From assembly GCA_963713975.1 (NCBI GenBank), contig OY970218.1, positions 2,944,001 through 3,008,000 of the forward strand: a DNA stretch of 64,000 bases, written 5' to 3'. Shown here piece by piece: positions 24,982 to 37,011 of this stretch (positions within the stretch are counted from its first letter, which is position 1; each line of letters starts with the position of its first letter). Origin of the DNA: an uncultured Chloroflexia bacterium. GTDB taxonomy: Bacteria > Chloroflexota > Limnocylindria > Limnocylindrales > CSP1-4. Both the position numbers and the translations under genes were made by a program. The notes under the pieces are model-generated. The model did not search any database, was not told the origin of the DNA, and saw nothing but the letters and a program-made list of their open reading frames with translations.

Positions 24982-26769
24982 CTAGGGCAGCTCGTTCACC
25001 CGATCGATGCTGGGTGGAGCGATGGGCTGGTAGGTTCCGAGGTAGCCCACGAGCGCCAAGAGGTCGTTGCCGCCATCCAGGCGAGGCGTGGCAACCGTGG
25101 CGAAGGTGGGGAAGTTGTCCCCGCCGTCCGCGAGGAAGTTGCTCACCGTGACGTTGTACGTTCCCGTCGGGTCGAGGGCCACACCGTTCAGCTTCACGTT
25201 GCTCACCGTGACCGACGTGCAGTTGAAGACGCTCCCGACCTGGGTGATGGTCTTGGCGAGATCGTAGGTGAAGCCCTCTGACACCCCGAGGTGCTGGAAG
25301 GGCCGGGCCGAACCAGCTGGCTGGCACTGCTCGTTGAGGACGGCGATGACCTGCGCCCCGGTCATCTCGAATGTGATCAGCGTGTTGCCGAACGGCTGGA
25401 AGGTGAACGCCTCACCGAACGTGACGACGCCGTCGCCTTCGGGCGGGGTCTGCGACTGGGGATACGTGATGTCCGACCTGAGGCCACCGGCGTTCATGAA
25501 GGCGATCTGAGCGCCGTTGGCCGAGGTCGACCACAGCTGGGCGTCAGCCACCAGGTTGCCTGCCGCGGACTCGACACCGCGATCGGCGCCCGGCGGGGTG
25601 CCGCCGCGGGTGATGGTCTCGGTGACCTTCCCGACCGGCGTGTTTCCGGCCACGTCGTACAGCGGCTTCCACCTGGCGATGATGGCCGTCTGCTTCGCGT
25701 TGGGCTTCAGTTTCGACTGGTCCACGACGTGGTTGGTTGCCGTGCTGCGATAGCGATCGACTTCCCCGGTCTTCTTGTCCAGCGCGAGGTTGACCTCGGA
25801 CACCACGCGGCCGTAGGAGTAGGCGCTGGTGACGATCCGCGGCTTGCCCTTCGGATCCTTGATCTTGCAGTTGTAGGGCAGGTGCGTGTGGCCGGTGATG
25901 ATGACGTCGATCTCGGGATCGAGCGCACTGTTGATGTCCACGATCGGGCCCGAGATGCCGACGCAGGCATCGACATCACCCGGAGGCGGCGTCTGGGAGC
26001 CGCCCTCGTGCAGGAGGACGACGATCGCCTCGACACCCTTGCTCTTCAGCTTGGGCACCAGCTTGTTGGCGGTCTCGGCCTCGTCGAGGAAGTCCCAGCC
26101 CTGGATGCCGGCGGCGGCGACGAGAGTGTCGGTTGCCTCCAGCGTCATGCCGATGAACCCGATCTTGATGCCGTCGAACGACTTGATCCAGTAGGGCGGC
26201 AGAGGGGTCTTGCCCGTGGTCTCGTTGACGACGTTGGCGGCAAGCCACTTGAAGTCGGCACCGCCATACGGGTTGGTCGGGAAGTAGCAGCCGTCGACCT
26301 GATGGCAGCCGCCGTACTGCATCCGGATCAGCTCCGTCACGCCCTCGTCGAACTCGTGATTGCCTACGCTCGAGACATCGAGGTGCATCGCGTTGAGTGA
26401 CTCGACGGAGGGCTCATCGTGGAACAGGCCGGAGAAGGCCGGCGAGCCACCGATGAGGTCACCGGCGGCGACCGTCAGGCTGTTCTTGTTGCCCTTGCGC
26501 AGCTTGGAAAGCTCGGCGGCAAGGTACTCGGCTCCGCCGGCGGCAACCCCGTCGATCATGCCGGGCGTGGCGGACTCGAGGTGGCCATGGTAGTCGTTGA
26601 AGGCCAGTAGCTGGACCGGGATGGTCTTGGCGGGTGGGTTGTGCCGCGGCGGGGCGGGCTTGAACCTGTGGTCGGGCTCCTTGCCGACCGCGGTCGCCGC
26701 CATCGTTGCTGTCAGGGCAACCGCGGCGAGGACCGAGAGCATCCTGCGGGGGCCGGGGGTCAAGGGCAC
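24982..26769 (-). CDS. Secreted bifunctional metallophosphatase/5'-nucleotidase
   Basis: Signal peptide; NDYHG, AGD, GNHEFD, LLHEG, GHTH; C-terminal NAGGLR, QPFGN, FLADGGD; GGAGGAG RBS before GTG 26769. Confidence 0.92.
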   Translation of the reverse strand: MPLTPGPRRMLSVLAAVALTATMAATAVGKEPDHRFKPAPPRHNPPAKTIPVQLLAFNDYHGHLESATPGMIDGVAAGGAEYLAAELSKLRKGNKNSLTVAAGDLIGGSPAFSGLFHDEPSVESLNAMHLDVSSVGNHEFDEGVTELIRMQYGGCHQVDGCYFPTNPYGGADFKWLAANVVNETTGKTPLPPYWIKSFDGIKIGFIGMTLEATDTLVAAAGIQGWDFLDEAETANKLVPKLKSKGVEAIVVLLHEGGSQTPPPGDVDACVGISGPIVDINSALDPEIDVIITGHTHLPYNCKIKDPKGKPRIVTSAYSYGRVVSEVNLALDKKTGEVDRYRSTATNHVVDQSKLKPNAKQTAIIARWKPLYDVAGNTPVGKVTETITRGGTPPGADRGVESAAGNLVADAQLWSTSANGAQIAFMNAGGLRSDITYPQSQTPPEGDGVVTFGEAFTFQPFGNTLITFEMTGAQVIAVLNEQCQPAGSARPFQHLGVSEGFTYDLAKTITQVGSVFNCTSVTVSNVKLNGVALDPTGTYNVTVSNFLADGGDNFPTFATVATPRLDGGNDLLALVGYLGTYQPIAPPSIDRVNELP

Positions 26770-27082
26770 AATCTCCTCCGTCTCCTGGCTGGGGTTGGAC
26801 TCCGGGGCCCAACGCCCAAAGAGCGTACCCGCCGGCTCCAAGCCAGGGTCATCACGTGGGACCAGGCGGTGACAGGTTGCACCACAATCGGTGCGGCCCT
26901 ATTGCCCTGCGGGGCGCTTGCCGCGGTGGGTGCCGCACTGGAGGCATGGGATCCTCGCGACGTGGCCGAACGAGTACCATGGCGTTCGCGCGACGCACGG
27001 GGACAGTGGTATGCGGGCGCCTCGAACGAGGTGGATCGACGCGGGTGGGGGGGCTCCCCTTCAAGGCTGAGGAGAACCAGGG

Positions 27083-29851
27083 ATGACAGCAGCGACCGAC
27101 AAGGATCATCCGGCGACGGGAGCCCAGCCCGTATGGCACGCGCTCAGTCCTGACGAGGCCCTGGCCGCCCAGGGCGTCACCGTGGATGCCGGGCTCTCGT
27201 CCGCCGATGCCGACGCCCGGCGAGCCAAGGTCGGTCCGAACACCTTCGCCCAGGCGAAGAAGGCGTCGACGTGGCAGCGGTTCAGCCGCCAGTACGCCGA
27301 CCCAATGCAGATCGTGCTGCTGATCGCGGGCATCGTGTGCCTGTTCCTGCCGGGGCAGCTTGCCACCGGCGTGTTCCTGATCCTGCTCACCCTGTTCAAC
27401 GCCTGGATGGCCATGAACCAGGAGGGCAAGGCGGAGGCCAGCGCATCGGCCCTCGAGGGGATGATGGTCGTCAAGGCCAAGGTCCGCAGGAATGGCGATC
27501 TCGTCGAGATCCCGATGGACCAGCTGGTCCCGGGCGACATCGTCAACATCGAGGCGGGCGACCTGGTCCCCGCCGACGCACGCATCCTCACCGCCGCGAC
27601 CCTGGAGATCGATGAGTCCGCGCTTACGGGTGAGAGCGTCCCCACCCCCAAGCAGGTGCAGGCGGTAGCCGCCGATGCGGCCCTCGGGGATCGCATCGAC
27701 CTTGCGTTCATGAACACCCAGGTCACCCGGGGCGCCGGCACGATCCTCGTGGTCACCACGGGGATGGCGACCGAGGTCGGGCACATCAGCGGCATGCTCC
27801 AGGCCACCACGGTCGAGAAGACGCCGCTGACGAAGCAGCTCGATACGCTCACCAACCAGATCCTCATCATTGCCGGCATCGCCCTGGTGGTCTCGACCGC
27901 CCTGGGGCTGGCCCGAGGACTGGAGCTCCAGGTCCTGTTCCTCAGCGCGGTCGCGTTCGCCGTTGCGGCCATCCCCACGGCGCTGCCGGCCGTGACGACG
28001 GCGATCCTGTCCAAGGGCTCCCAGATGCTCGCGGACGCCGGCGCGATCATGAAGCGGCTGCGGTCGGTGGAGACCCTCGGCTCCACGTCCGCGCTCAACT
28101 CGGACAAGACCGGCACCCTCACGCTCAACCAGATGACCGCCGTCCAGATGGCGGTCGTTGGTCGCCGCTACACGATCTCCGGCGACGGCTATTCGACGAC
28201 CGGCCAGATCGCCCACGCGGGTGGCCAGCCGGACGTGCCGCTGGAGCAGTACCTGCTGCCGATGGCGCTGTGCGCCGACGCGGAGGTCCGTGACGGCGGC
28301 CTCGTCGGCGATCCGACCGAGGGTGCGCTCGTGGTCCTCGCCGCCAAGGGTGGCGTGGATCCGTCGCTCACTCGCGAGCGCTACCCGCGCGTCGCGACCC
28401 TGCCGTTCGACGCCGCCTACAAGATGATGGCGACCTTCCACGCGATGAAGGACGCGAGCGGGAAGGACGTGATCCGCGGCTACATCAAGGGCGCGCCAGA
28501 CCAGCTGCTCGCGCGTGCGGTGAGCGCGCACGGCCCTGACGGGACGGAGGTCCCGATCGCCAATATTCGCGACGCCTATCTCGCGGAGAACGACCGGCTC
28601 GGGTCCCAGGGCCTCCGGGTCATGGCGACCGGCCAGAAGGACTTCGACCCGGCAGCGTTCGACAAGGATGCGGACCTCCTGCCCGCCCTCGACGGGCTCA
28701 CGCTGCTGGCGATCGTCGGGATCGTCGATCCGCCGCGACCGGCGGCCAAGGACGCCATCGCGCAGGCGAAGGCTGCCGGCATCCAGGTCCGGATGATCAC
28801 CGGCGACCACGCGATCACGGCCGGGGCGATCGCCCACCAGCTCGGGATCGAGGGGCGGGCCATCACCGGCGCGGAGTTCCGGGCCATGAGTGACGATGAG
28901 GCCATCCGCGAGGTTGACGGGATCGGCGTCATCGCCCGGGTGTCCCCCGAGGACAAGGTTCACCTCGTGGACATCCTGCGCAAGAAGGGCCATGTCGTCG
29001 GGATGACCGGGGACGGCGTGAACGACGCGCCCGCGCTGAAGAAGGCCGACATCGGCATCGCGATGGGGGTCACCGGTACGGAGGTCTCCAAGCAGGCCGC
29101 CGTGATGATCCTCACGGACGACAACTACGCGACCATCGTGAAGGCCGTCGGGCTCGGCCGCTCCGTCTACGACAACCTGCTGCGGTTCATCCGCTTCCAG
29201 ATGGCAGGCCTGTTCGGGTTCATCGCCACGTTCCTGGGCTCGTCGGTGTTCGACATCCTCGGCGGGATCCCGTTCCTCCCACTCCAGACCATGTGGTTGA
29301 ACTTCACCGTCAACGTGTTCCAGGCGATCGGGCTGGGGTATGGCAGGCCGCGTGAGGGCCTCATGAAGGTCCCGCCCCGGCCGAAGGAGCAGAAGATCAT
29401 CCCCGGGCGCCTGATGCGCTGGCTCGTGTCCGTCGGACTCGTGATGGCAGCAGGAACCCTGGGCGTGATGGCGTGGGCAACGACGGCGTTCCCGTCCGAC
29501 AACAGCGTGATCGCGCAGACGATGGGCGTGACCACGTTCGCCTTGTTCCGCCTGTTCTCCTCGCTCGAGACCGCGGACGCGGACGAGTCGCTGTTCAGCG
29601 GATCCATCCTCGCGAACCGCCCGCTTCTCGTCGCGACCGGCCTGTCCGTGCTCACGATCGTCCTCGCCACCGAGCTCGGCTTCCTGCAGAACGCCCTCGG
29701 CATGGTCAGCCTGACCGGGGAGCAGTGGCTCGTCTGCCTCGGCGTCTCGCTGTCGCTGGTCGTCGTCGAGGAAGTGCGCAAGCTGCTCAAGGTCCGGACC
29801 GGCGACGTGCCGGCCGTGGCACCGGCCACTCCGGCCACCGCAGCGGCGTAG
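27083..29851 (+). CDS. Cation-transporting P-type ATPase (type II-like)
   Basis: LTGES, DKTGTLT, GDPTE, KGAP, DPPR, MITGD, MTGDGVND. Confidence 0.95.
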   Translation: MTAATDKDHPATGAQPVWHALSPDEALAAQGVTVDAGLSSADADARRAKVGPNTFAQAKKASTWQRFSRQYADPMQIVLLIAGIVCLFLPGQLATGVFLILLTLFNAWMAMNQEGKAEASASALEGMMVVKAKVRRNGDLVEIPMDQLVPGDIVNIEAGDLVPADARILTAATLEIDESALTGESVPTPKQVQAVAADAALGDRIDLAFMNTQVTRGAGTILVVTTGMATEVGHISGMLQATTVEKTPLTKQLDTLTNQILIIAGIALVVSTALGLARGLELQVLFLSAVAFAVAAIPTALPAVTTAILSKGSQMLADAGAIMKRLRSVETLGSTSALNSDKTGTLTLNQMTAVQMAVVGRRYTISGDGYSTTGQIAHAGGQPDVPLEQYLLPMALCADAEVRDGGLVGDPTEGALVVLAAKGGVDPSLTRERYPRVATLPFDAAYKMMATFHAMKDASGKDVIRGYIKGAPDQLLARAVSAHGPDGTEVPIANIRDAYLAENDRLGSQGLRVMATGQKDFDPAAFDKDADLLPALDGLTLLAIVGIVDPPRPAAKDAIAQAKAAGIQVRMITGDHAITAGAIAHQLGIEGRAITGAEFRAMSDDEAIREVDGIGVIARVSPEDKVHLVDILRKKGHVVGMTGDGVNDAPALKKADIGIAMGVTGTEVSKQAAVMILTDDNYATIVKAVGLGRSVYDNLLRFIRFQMAGLFGFIATFLGSSVFDILGGIPFLPLQTMWLNFTVNVFQAIGLGYGRPREGLMKVPPRPKEQKIIPGRLMRWLVSVGLVMAAGTLGVMAWATTAFPSDNSVIAQTMGVTTFALFRLFSSLETADADESLFSGSILANRPLLVATGLSVLTIVLATELGFLQNALGMVSLTGEQWLVCLGVSLSLVVVEEVRKLLKVRTGDVPAVAPATPATAAA

Positions 29852-29878
29852 TCCGCGCCGCCAGAAAGGAACCGATCG

Positions 29879-30751
29879 ATGGCGAAGAAGAAGAAGCACA
29901 AGAAGGACGCCGGCTCGGCGCTGGTCGAGGCGACGCCGGTCGCCGAGGCCGCTGCGTCGGCGCCGTCCGGGCCGCCGGCAAAGATGAAGACCAAAGACTA
30001 CGAGCGCGAGCTGGAGCGACTCCAGGGCGAGCTCGTCGCGATGCAGGAGTGGGTGAAGGCGTCCGGTGCCAAGGTCTGCATCGTGTTCGAGGGCAGGGAT
30101 ACCGCCGGCAAGGGAGGCGTGATCAAGCGGATCACTGAGCGGGTCAGCCCCCGGGTGTTCAAGGTCGTCGCCCTCTCGGCCCCGACCGACCGCGAGCGGT
30201 CCCAGATGTACGTCCAGCGCTACCTGCCGCACTTCCCGGCCGGGGGTGAGGTCGTGATCTTCGACCGCAGCTGGTACAACCGCGCCGGCGTCGAGCGGGT
30301 CATGGGCTTCTGCACGCCCGAGCAGACGGAGCAGTTCCTGGCGCAGGCACCGGCCGTCGAGAAGGCCATGGTCGACGCCGGGATCATCCTGGTGAAGTAC
30401 TGGCTCGAGGTCACGTCGGACGAGCAGACCCGCCGTCTCGAGGGTCGCGTGACGGATCCCAGGAAGGTCTGGAAGCTGACCGACATGGACCTCCAGTCCT
30501 ACGGCCGCTGGTACGACTACTCGCGGGCCCGGGACGCCATGCTGGCCACGACCGACACGGACTGGGCCCCGTGGCACATCGCGCACACCGATGACAAGAA
30601 GCGGGGACGGCTCAACATCATCAGCCACCTCCTGAGCCAGGTGCCCTACGAGCCGCTCGCGCCCCGGGACGTCAAGTTCCCGAAGCGCCAGGCGAAAGGC
30701 AAGTACGTGGAGCCGGACCTGCCCCTGAAGCACATTCCCGAGCCCTTCTGA
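29879..30751 (+). CDS. ppk2: Polyphosphate kinase 2
   Basis: FEGRDTAGKGG, FDRSWYNRAGVERVMGF, DDKKRGRLN. Confidence 0.95.
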   Translation: MAKKKKHKKDAGSALVEATPVAEAAASAPSGPPAKMKTKDYERELERLQGELVAMQEWVKASGAKVCIVFEGRDTAGKGGVIKRITERVSPRVFKVVALSAPTDRERSQMYVQRYLPHFPAGGEVVIFDRSWYNRAGVERVMGFCTPEQTEQFLAQAPAVEKAMVDAGIILVKYWLEVTSDEQTRRLEGRVTDPRKVWKLTDMDLQSYGRWYDYSRARDAMLATTDTDWAPWHIAHTDDKKRGRLNIISHLLSQVPYEPLAPRDVKFPKRQAKGKYVEPDLPLKHIPEPF

Positions 30752-30974
30752 CCGATCCGGGCGGGGCCGAGGGCGTCGGCACCGCCCGCGGGCCTGGCCG
30801 CGCGGGCCCCTGGCCTCGCGGGCGCGCATGGCTCCTGCCGCGCGACGCGCTGAACCTTCAACGCGCCGGTCTACTATCGCACTTGCGCAACTACGCAAGC
30901 CGGTGGTATGGTCGGGACGTCGCCGGTACCGCGCGGGATCGTCACCCCGCGCCGGCAGGAAGAGGATTCACGAC

Positions 30975-31373
30975 GTGGAGATGATCATCGACTTCCCGGG
31001 CGGCGCGCGTGTCGACGCCCATTTCGGCGAGTTCGCCGTTCCGACGGATCAGCCGCCGTCGGGCGGGGGACAGGGTTCGGCGCCGACGCCCTTCGCGACC
31101 TTCCTGTCGTCCATCGGGACGTGCGCCGGCATCTACGTCCTGGGCTTCTGCCGGCAGCGCGGCATCCCGACCGAGGGCATCCGCCTGGTCCAGCGGATGG
31201 AGACGGACCCGGCGACGCGGCTGGTGAGCGACGTGCAGGTCACGATCGAGCTGCCCGCGGGGTTTCCCGAGAAGTACGCGGAGGCGGTGGTCCGGTCGGC
31301 GGAGCAGTGCGCTGTGAAGAAGCACTTCGAGCACCCGCCGGCCATCCACGTCAACAGCAGCCTGGCGAGCTGA
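30975..31373 (+). CDS. OsmC family protein
   Basis: TDQP..GG.G.APTP, two Cys (GTCAG, EQCAV); GAGG RBS before GTG. Confidence 0.85.
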   Translation: MEMIIDFPGGARVDAHFGEFAVPTDQPPSGGGQGSAPTPFATFLSSIGTCAGIYVLGFCRQRGIPTEGIRLVQRMETDPATRLVSDVQVTIELPAGFPEKYAEAVVRSAEQCAVKKHFEHPPAIHVNSSLAS

Positions 31374-31472
31374 CCTCCCGGGCGCGCCCCGCACCCGTCG
31401 CGGGGCGTCCTGACCCGGCCATGCGAGCGCCGGGCCCCGCCTGACGCGCGCAGTCGGTACCCTTGACCGACG

Positions 31473-33149
<1,677 letters not shown>

Positions 33150-33182
33150 GCCTGGGACGACAAGCCCGCTCGCAGACACAGA

Positions 33183-33214
33183 GACGCCCCGGCCGCCTGT
33201 CGGCTCGGGGCGTC
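33183..33214. terminator. Hairpin between convergent genes
   Basis: GACGCCCCG/CGGGGCGTC stem with inner GCCG/CGGC. Confidence 0.5.
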
Positions 33215-33239
33215 ACGTTCGTAACGAGGGTTCGGGACG

Positions 33240-33446
33240 CTAGAAGCGGCGGCGACCCGGGGTGATGGCGGCGCCGACAACAGCGGCCTTGGCGACCGGT
33301 GAGCGGCCGGGCGTGACCGCGGCGCCGACGACAGCGGCCTTGGCGACCGGCGACGGGCCGGGCATGATGGCGGCGGTGACGACCGCAGCCTTCGCAACGG
33401 GGGCGCCGATGACTCCGACGCCTCTACGACCGGGACCGAGCGGCAT
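33240..33446 (-). CDS. 68-aa protein made of three [15 protein letters not shown] repeats
   Basis: AAGGAGG RBS; repeats conserved at the protein level with synonymous codon differences. Confidence 0.8.
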   Translation of the reverse strand: MPLGPGRRGVGVIGAPVAKAAVVTAAIMPGPSPVAKAAVVGAAVTPGRSPVAKAAVVGAAITPGRRRF

Positions 33447-33456
33447 GTCTGCCTCC

Positions 33457-33906
33457 TTATGCTTCGAGGGCCGCGTCGGCTTCGACGGCGGCGGCGATGG
33501 CCTGGATCGGGATCCGGCCGTTGGCGATCAGCTGCCCGCCGGCCCGGCGCATGGCGGATGCGAACGGGGCGGCCCACAGGTTCTCGAAGATGATCACGCC
33601 GGCGACGGTGCCGGGATCCATGGCGGCCGCCAGGTGGACGACATCGTCCTCGGCGAGCGTCTCTGCGAGCTGGGCCTCGATCCTCTGGAGCTCGCCGAGC
33701 TCATCGAGATCGGACAGCTCCATCGCCTCGACCGAGCCGTCGGCGTCCTTTGCGAGGATGAGCACGTCCATTACGCGGATGATCCCGGCGTCGTGCAGCC
33801 GGACCAGCTCGTCGGCGCCCTCGCCCGTGAAGTTCTGGTGCCCTGCCGGGAACTCCACGATGAGGTAGTCGACGGGCCCCAGCTCGTCGAGCGTTCGTTC
33901 AGTCAT
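33457..33906 (-). CDS. DUF6325 family protein
   Basis: LGPVDYLIVEFP, IIRVMD..I..KD.DG, ENLWAAPFASA, GRIP. Confidence 0.85.
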   Translation of the reverse strand: MTERTLDELGPVDYLIVEFPAGHQNFTGEGADELVRLHDAGIIRVMDVLILAKDADGSVEAMELSDLDELGELQRIEAQLAETLAEDDVVHLAAAMDPGTVAGVIIFENLWAAPFASAMRRAGGQLIANGRIPIQAIAAAVEADAALEA

Positions 33907-34010
33907 GACTCTCCGTTCTTCTGGTGTGGCGGACCCGGCAATTCTACCGTGAGGACCTTGCTGATCCCGTCGGCCGGGTCCGGTCTCGCCCGGGTACCGA
34001 GCGGCGAACC

Positions 34011-35501
34011 TCAGGCGGCCGGGACCGTGACCGTCCCTGCCTTGATCGCGGCGACGTAGGCCGCATAGTCACGCTCGTTGAGATCCGCGTAAGTCTCGGC
34101 GAAGTCCGCGATGGCTCCGTCGAACGTGTCGGCCGTGCCCAGGTAGGCGGAGATCGCGGCCGCGTCACCGGTCCGGGCGTGGGCGCGAGCCAGGGCCCAG
34201 CCACAGAGCCCTGAGTAGAAGTTGAGGCCCGGGACCTGGAGCGTGGTTGTGTCCACCGAGCCCTTCATGTCCCACAGCTGGCGCATGTAGAAGGCGCGTC
34301 CGCCGGGACCTCGGGTCCAGCCGAGGAAGATGTCCGAGGTGGCCTGCATCAGCTGCTGGCCGACGACGACGCGTTGGCCATGGCTATCGTGCTCGCTCGG
34401 CTCGAGATACGGCTCCATCACCGAGGCCGTGGCCTCCTTGGCCTGGAGGAGGAGGGGATCGTTCTCGTCCCGTCCTTCCAGCAGGATGACGAAGCAGCGC
34501 GTACCCACGCTCCCGACACCGACGACCTTGAGCGCAAAGTCCACGAAGCGGTAGCGCTCGAGGAACGCTCGCCGGTTCTCCGGCATCGTGGACCGGTAGT
34601 CCGTGAACACCTTCTCCAGGGCGGCCGGACCACCCTCCGTATCGACGTGGACGATCACCGGCGGATCCTCGAGGATGATCCGTCGGCCACCGACGACCCC
34701 GGTCAGCTTCTCGAAGGCACGCATGCCGTCGCGCTGGCGCGCTTTGGAGAAGATCGCCTCGAACCTCGCGCGGCGCCCTGCGGCATCGCGTCCCTGGAGC
34801 ATGCCCGTGGCCGCGGCAGCGTCGCGGATGTCGGCGTCCGTGATCGAGGCGTACCAGACATCGAGCAGGCGCATACCGGCATAGCGATCCATCCACTGGC
34901 GGTACCCGCGGACCCCGCTCATCGCTGCCTCGCGGATCCGGGCCGCGCTGAAGCCGTTCGCCCGGCCGGCGATCACGATGCTGGCGGCGAGACGCTTGAC
35001 GTCCCATTCCCAAGGACCCGGGAGCGTCTCGTCGAAATCGTTGGAATCGAACACCAGGGCGCGCTCGGGCGAGGCGAACAGCCCGAAGTTGGACAGGTGG
35101 GCATCGCCGCTGGCCTGGACGAGGATATCGGTACGCGGCGTGGGGGCCAGGTCGAAGGCCATGACCGCCGGCGTGCCCCGGTAGTAGGCGAACGCCGATT
35201 CAGCCATGCGCTCATGGCGCAGCGGGACGAGATCCGCCAGCCGGTCCTCCTCCTGTGCCGCCAGGATGGCGATCGGATCACGGCCCGGTGCCGGCTCGAA
35301 CGCGGCGTGGCTCACCCTGGGGACGACCTTGCGGACAGCCTTGCCCTTCTCGGCCCGGGTCGCCGGATCCACCCACGGCCGAGCCGTCCACTGGGGACCG
35401 GCCGGCGCATCGGGAGCCCAGACGGCATCGTATTGGGCCGCCAGCTTCTCGTCCGGCACCTTCTTGCGGGCTGGACGCAGGGTGGGCGCTTCGTCGGTCA
35501 T
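34011..35501 (-). CDS. DUF2252 family kinase-like protein
   Basis: LVPLRH.RM..SAF.YYRG, GDAHLSNFG, FD.NDFDE, WEWDVKRL, KVVGVGSVG, LQAKEA, LARAHARTGD. Confidence 0.92.
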   Translation of the reverse strand: MTDEAPTLRPARKKVPDEKLAAQYDAVWAPDAPAGPQWTARPWVDPATRAEKGKAVRKVVPRVSHAAFEPAPGRDPIAILAAQEEDRLADLVPLRHERMAESAFAYYRGTPAVMAFDLAPTPRTDILVQASGDAHLSNFGLFASPERALVFDSNDFDETLPGPWEWDVKRLAASIVIAGRANGFSAARIREAAMSGVRGYRQWMDRYAGMRLLDVWYASITDADIRDAAAATGMLQGRDAAGRRARFEAIFSKARQRDGMRAFEKLTGVVGGRRIILEDPPVIVHVDTEGGPAALEKVFTDYRSTMPENRRAFLERYRFVDFALKVVGVGSVGTRCFVILLEGRDENDPLLLQAKEATASVMEPYLEPSEHDSHGQRVVVGQQLMQATSDIFLGWTRGPGGRAFYMRQLWDMKGSVDTTTLQVPGLNFYSGLCGWALARAHARTGDAAAISAYLGTADTFDGAIADFAETYADLNERDYAAYVAAIKAGTVTVPAA

Positions 35502-35719
35502 GGCTGTGGTCCCTCTTCACCAGGTTGGCCGCGTCGGCGGTCGCTGAACATGGGAACTGCGATGGCGGATCGACCGGGTCGAAACCGCATCCGGGCCCAG
35601 CCGGCGACCGTGTCCCACGAAGCGTGGAGCCTGCGGAATGCTACGACCATTCGGACGATGCCGCAGCGTCTGGAATGGTCGACGCCGACCGGCCGCCGTC
35701 AGAGAGGCTGCCAGGGCCG

Positions 35720-36910
35720 TCAGAAGGTGGTCGGTTCTCCCTCGTCCACTCGGATCGGAGCCGATGGTGTCCGGTTCCGGAGCAGCGCGGCGACGCCGCG
35801 CGACTCGGGGAACGCCTCCATGATCGCCACCAGCCCGACGGTCAGCGGCACCGCGAGCAGCGCGCCGGCAGCACCGAGCATCCAGGCCCAGACGATCACG
35901 GCGATGAATACCACGAGCGGGCTCAGGTTGAGCTCCGAGCCCATCACTACGGGCTGGAGAAAGTGGTCCTGGGCGAAGTTGATGAGCGTGTAGCCGACCA
36001 CCACCGCCGTCGCCGAGACGACACCGCCCTCAAGCACGGCGAGGATCAGGGGCGGGATGAGCGCGATGATGGTGCCCACGTTGGGGATAAAGCTGGCCGC
36101 GAAGACGAGGAACGCCCAGAGGAGCGGCAGCGGCACCCCGACGACCGCGAGCAGGACGAGCACCAGCACGGCCGCGAACACGCCGAGCAGCGCCCGGACG
36201 AGCAGGTAGCGCCGCAGGTCGATCCCGAACTGCTCCACCCCGGCCAGCAGGCCGTGTCGTTCGCCGAATGCAGCCCTCGCCCGATCCTGGAGCGACGACG
36301 CGCCGGCGAGGGCGTAGATCATGGTCAGGGTCAGGACGAAGAGACCGACGCCCGCGCCCGACACGCCGGACGCAACGGGCCTGATGAGTCCGGCGAGGTC
36401 TCCGGGCGAGACGATGGACGTGATGGCAGCGGGGTCCGTGCTGATCCCGAACTGGGCGAGCAGGTCCTGCAGGGACGCGATCTGGTCGTTCAGCCGTGCC
36501 TGGTACTTCGGGAGCTGGATCACGAGCTCACCCACCGACAGGGCGATGAGACCTCCGGCCACGAGCACGACGGCGAGCACCACGAGCATCGCTCCCGCCA
36601 GGGCGAGCGCGTGCCGGACTCCGCGCCGCTTCAACGCACCGACCATGGGCCAGGCGACCAGGGCGAGGAACAGGCCGAACAGCATCGGGACCACCAGCGA
36701 GGCGACCTCGCGCACGGCGAGCATGGCGACCAGGACGAGGACCAGGGCCAGCACAGCCATGAGCGGACCGGGCAACAACGTCCGCGACGGCTCGACCTCG
36801 ACTGCAGCCCCCAACACGGGAACGGGAACGGGCTCGCTCCCACCTGCCTCGTGCCCGTGAACGGCCTCTCCGCCCGACCCGTCTGGGGTCACGGAATTTG
36901 ACATCCCCAT
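35720..36910 (-). CDS. AI-2E family transporter
   Basis: Multi-TM; FIPNVG, QP.VMG..LNLSP, W.W.LG..GALLAVPLT. Confidence 0.88.
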   Translation of the reverse strand: MGMSNSVTPDGSGGEAVHGHEAGGSEPVPVPVLGAAVEVEPSRTLLPGPLMAVLALVLVLVAMLAVREVASLVVPMLFGLFLALVAWPMVGALKRRGVRHALALAGAMLVVLAVVLVAGGLIALSVGELVIQLPKYQARLNDQIASLQDLLAQFGISTDPAAITSIVSPGDLAGLIRPVASGVSGAGVGLFVLTLTMIYALAGASSLQDRARAAFGERHGLLAGVEQFGIDLRRYLLVRALLGVFAAVLVLVLLAVVGVPLPLLWAFLVFAASFIPNVGTIIALIPPLILAVLEGGVVSATAVVVGYTLINFAQDHFLQPVVMGSELNLSPLVVFIAVIVWAWMLGAAGALLAVPLTVGLVAIMEAFPESRGVAALLRNRTPSAPIRVDEGEPTTF

Positions 36911-37011
36911 CGATCCCTCTTGTCCGATCACCTGCCGGTTCGAACCTTACCCGACCGCGGGCAGTGCCCGACACCGCATACCGTAGGGCCACGAATTGCA
37001 GCACGAGGAGA

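Noticed and set aside
26852-30898. 1348-aa minus-strand ORF (and similar long antisense ORFs at 17897-20149, 54164-56197, 58545-60218)
   Set aside because: Shadow frames of well-supported genes on the opposite strand; typical of high-GC codon bias, no motifs
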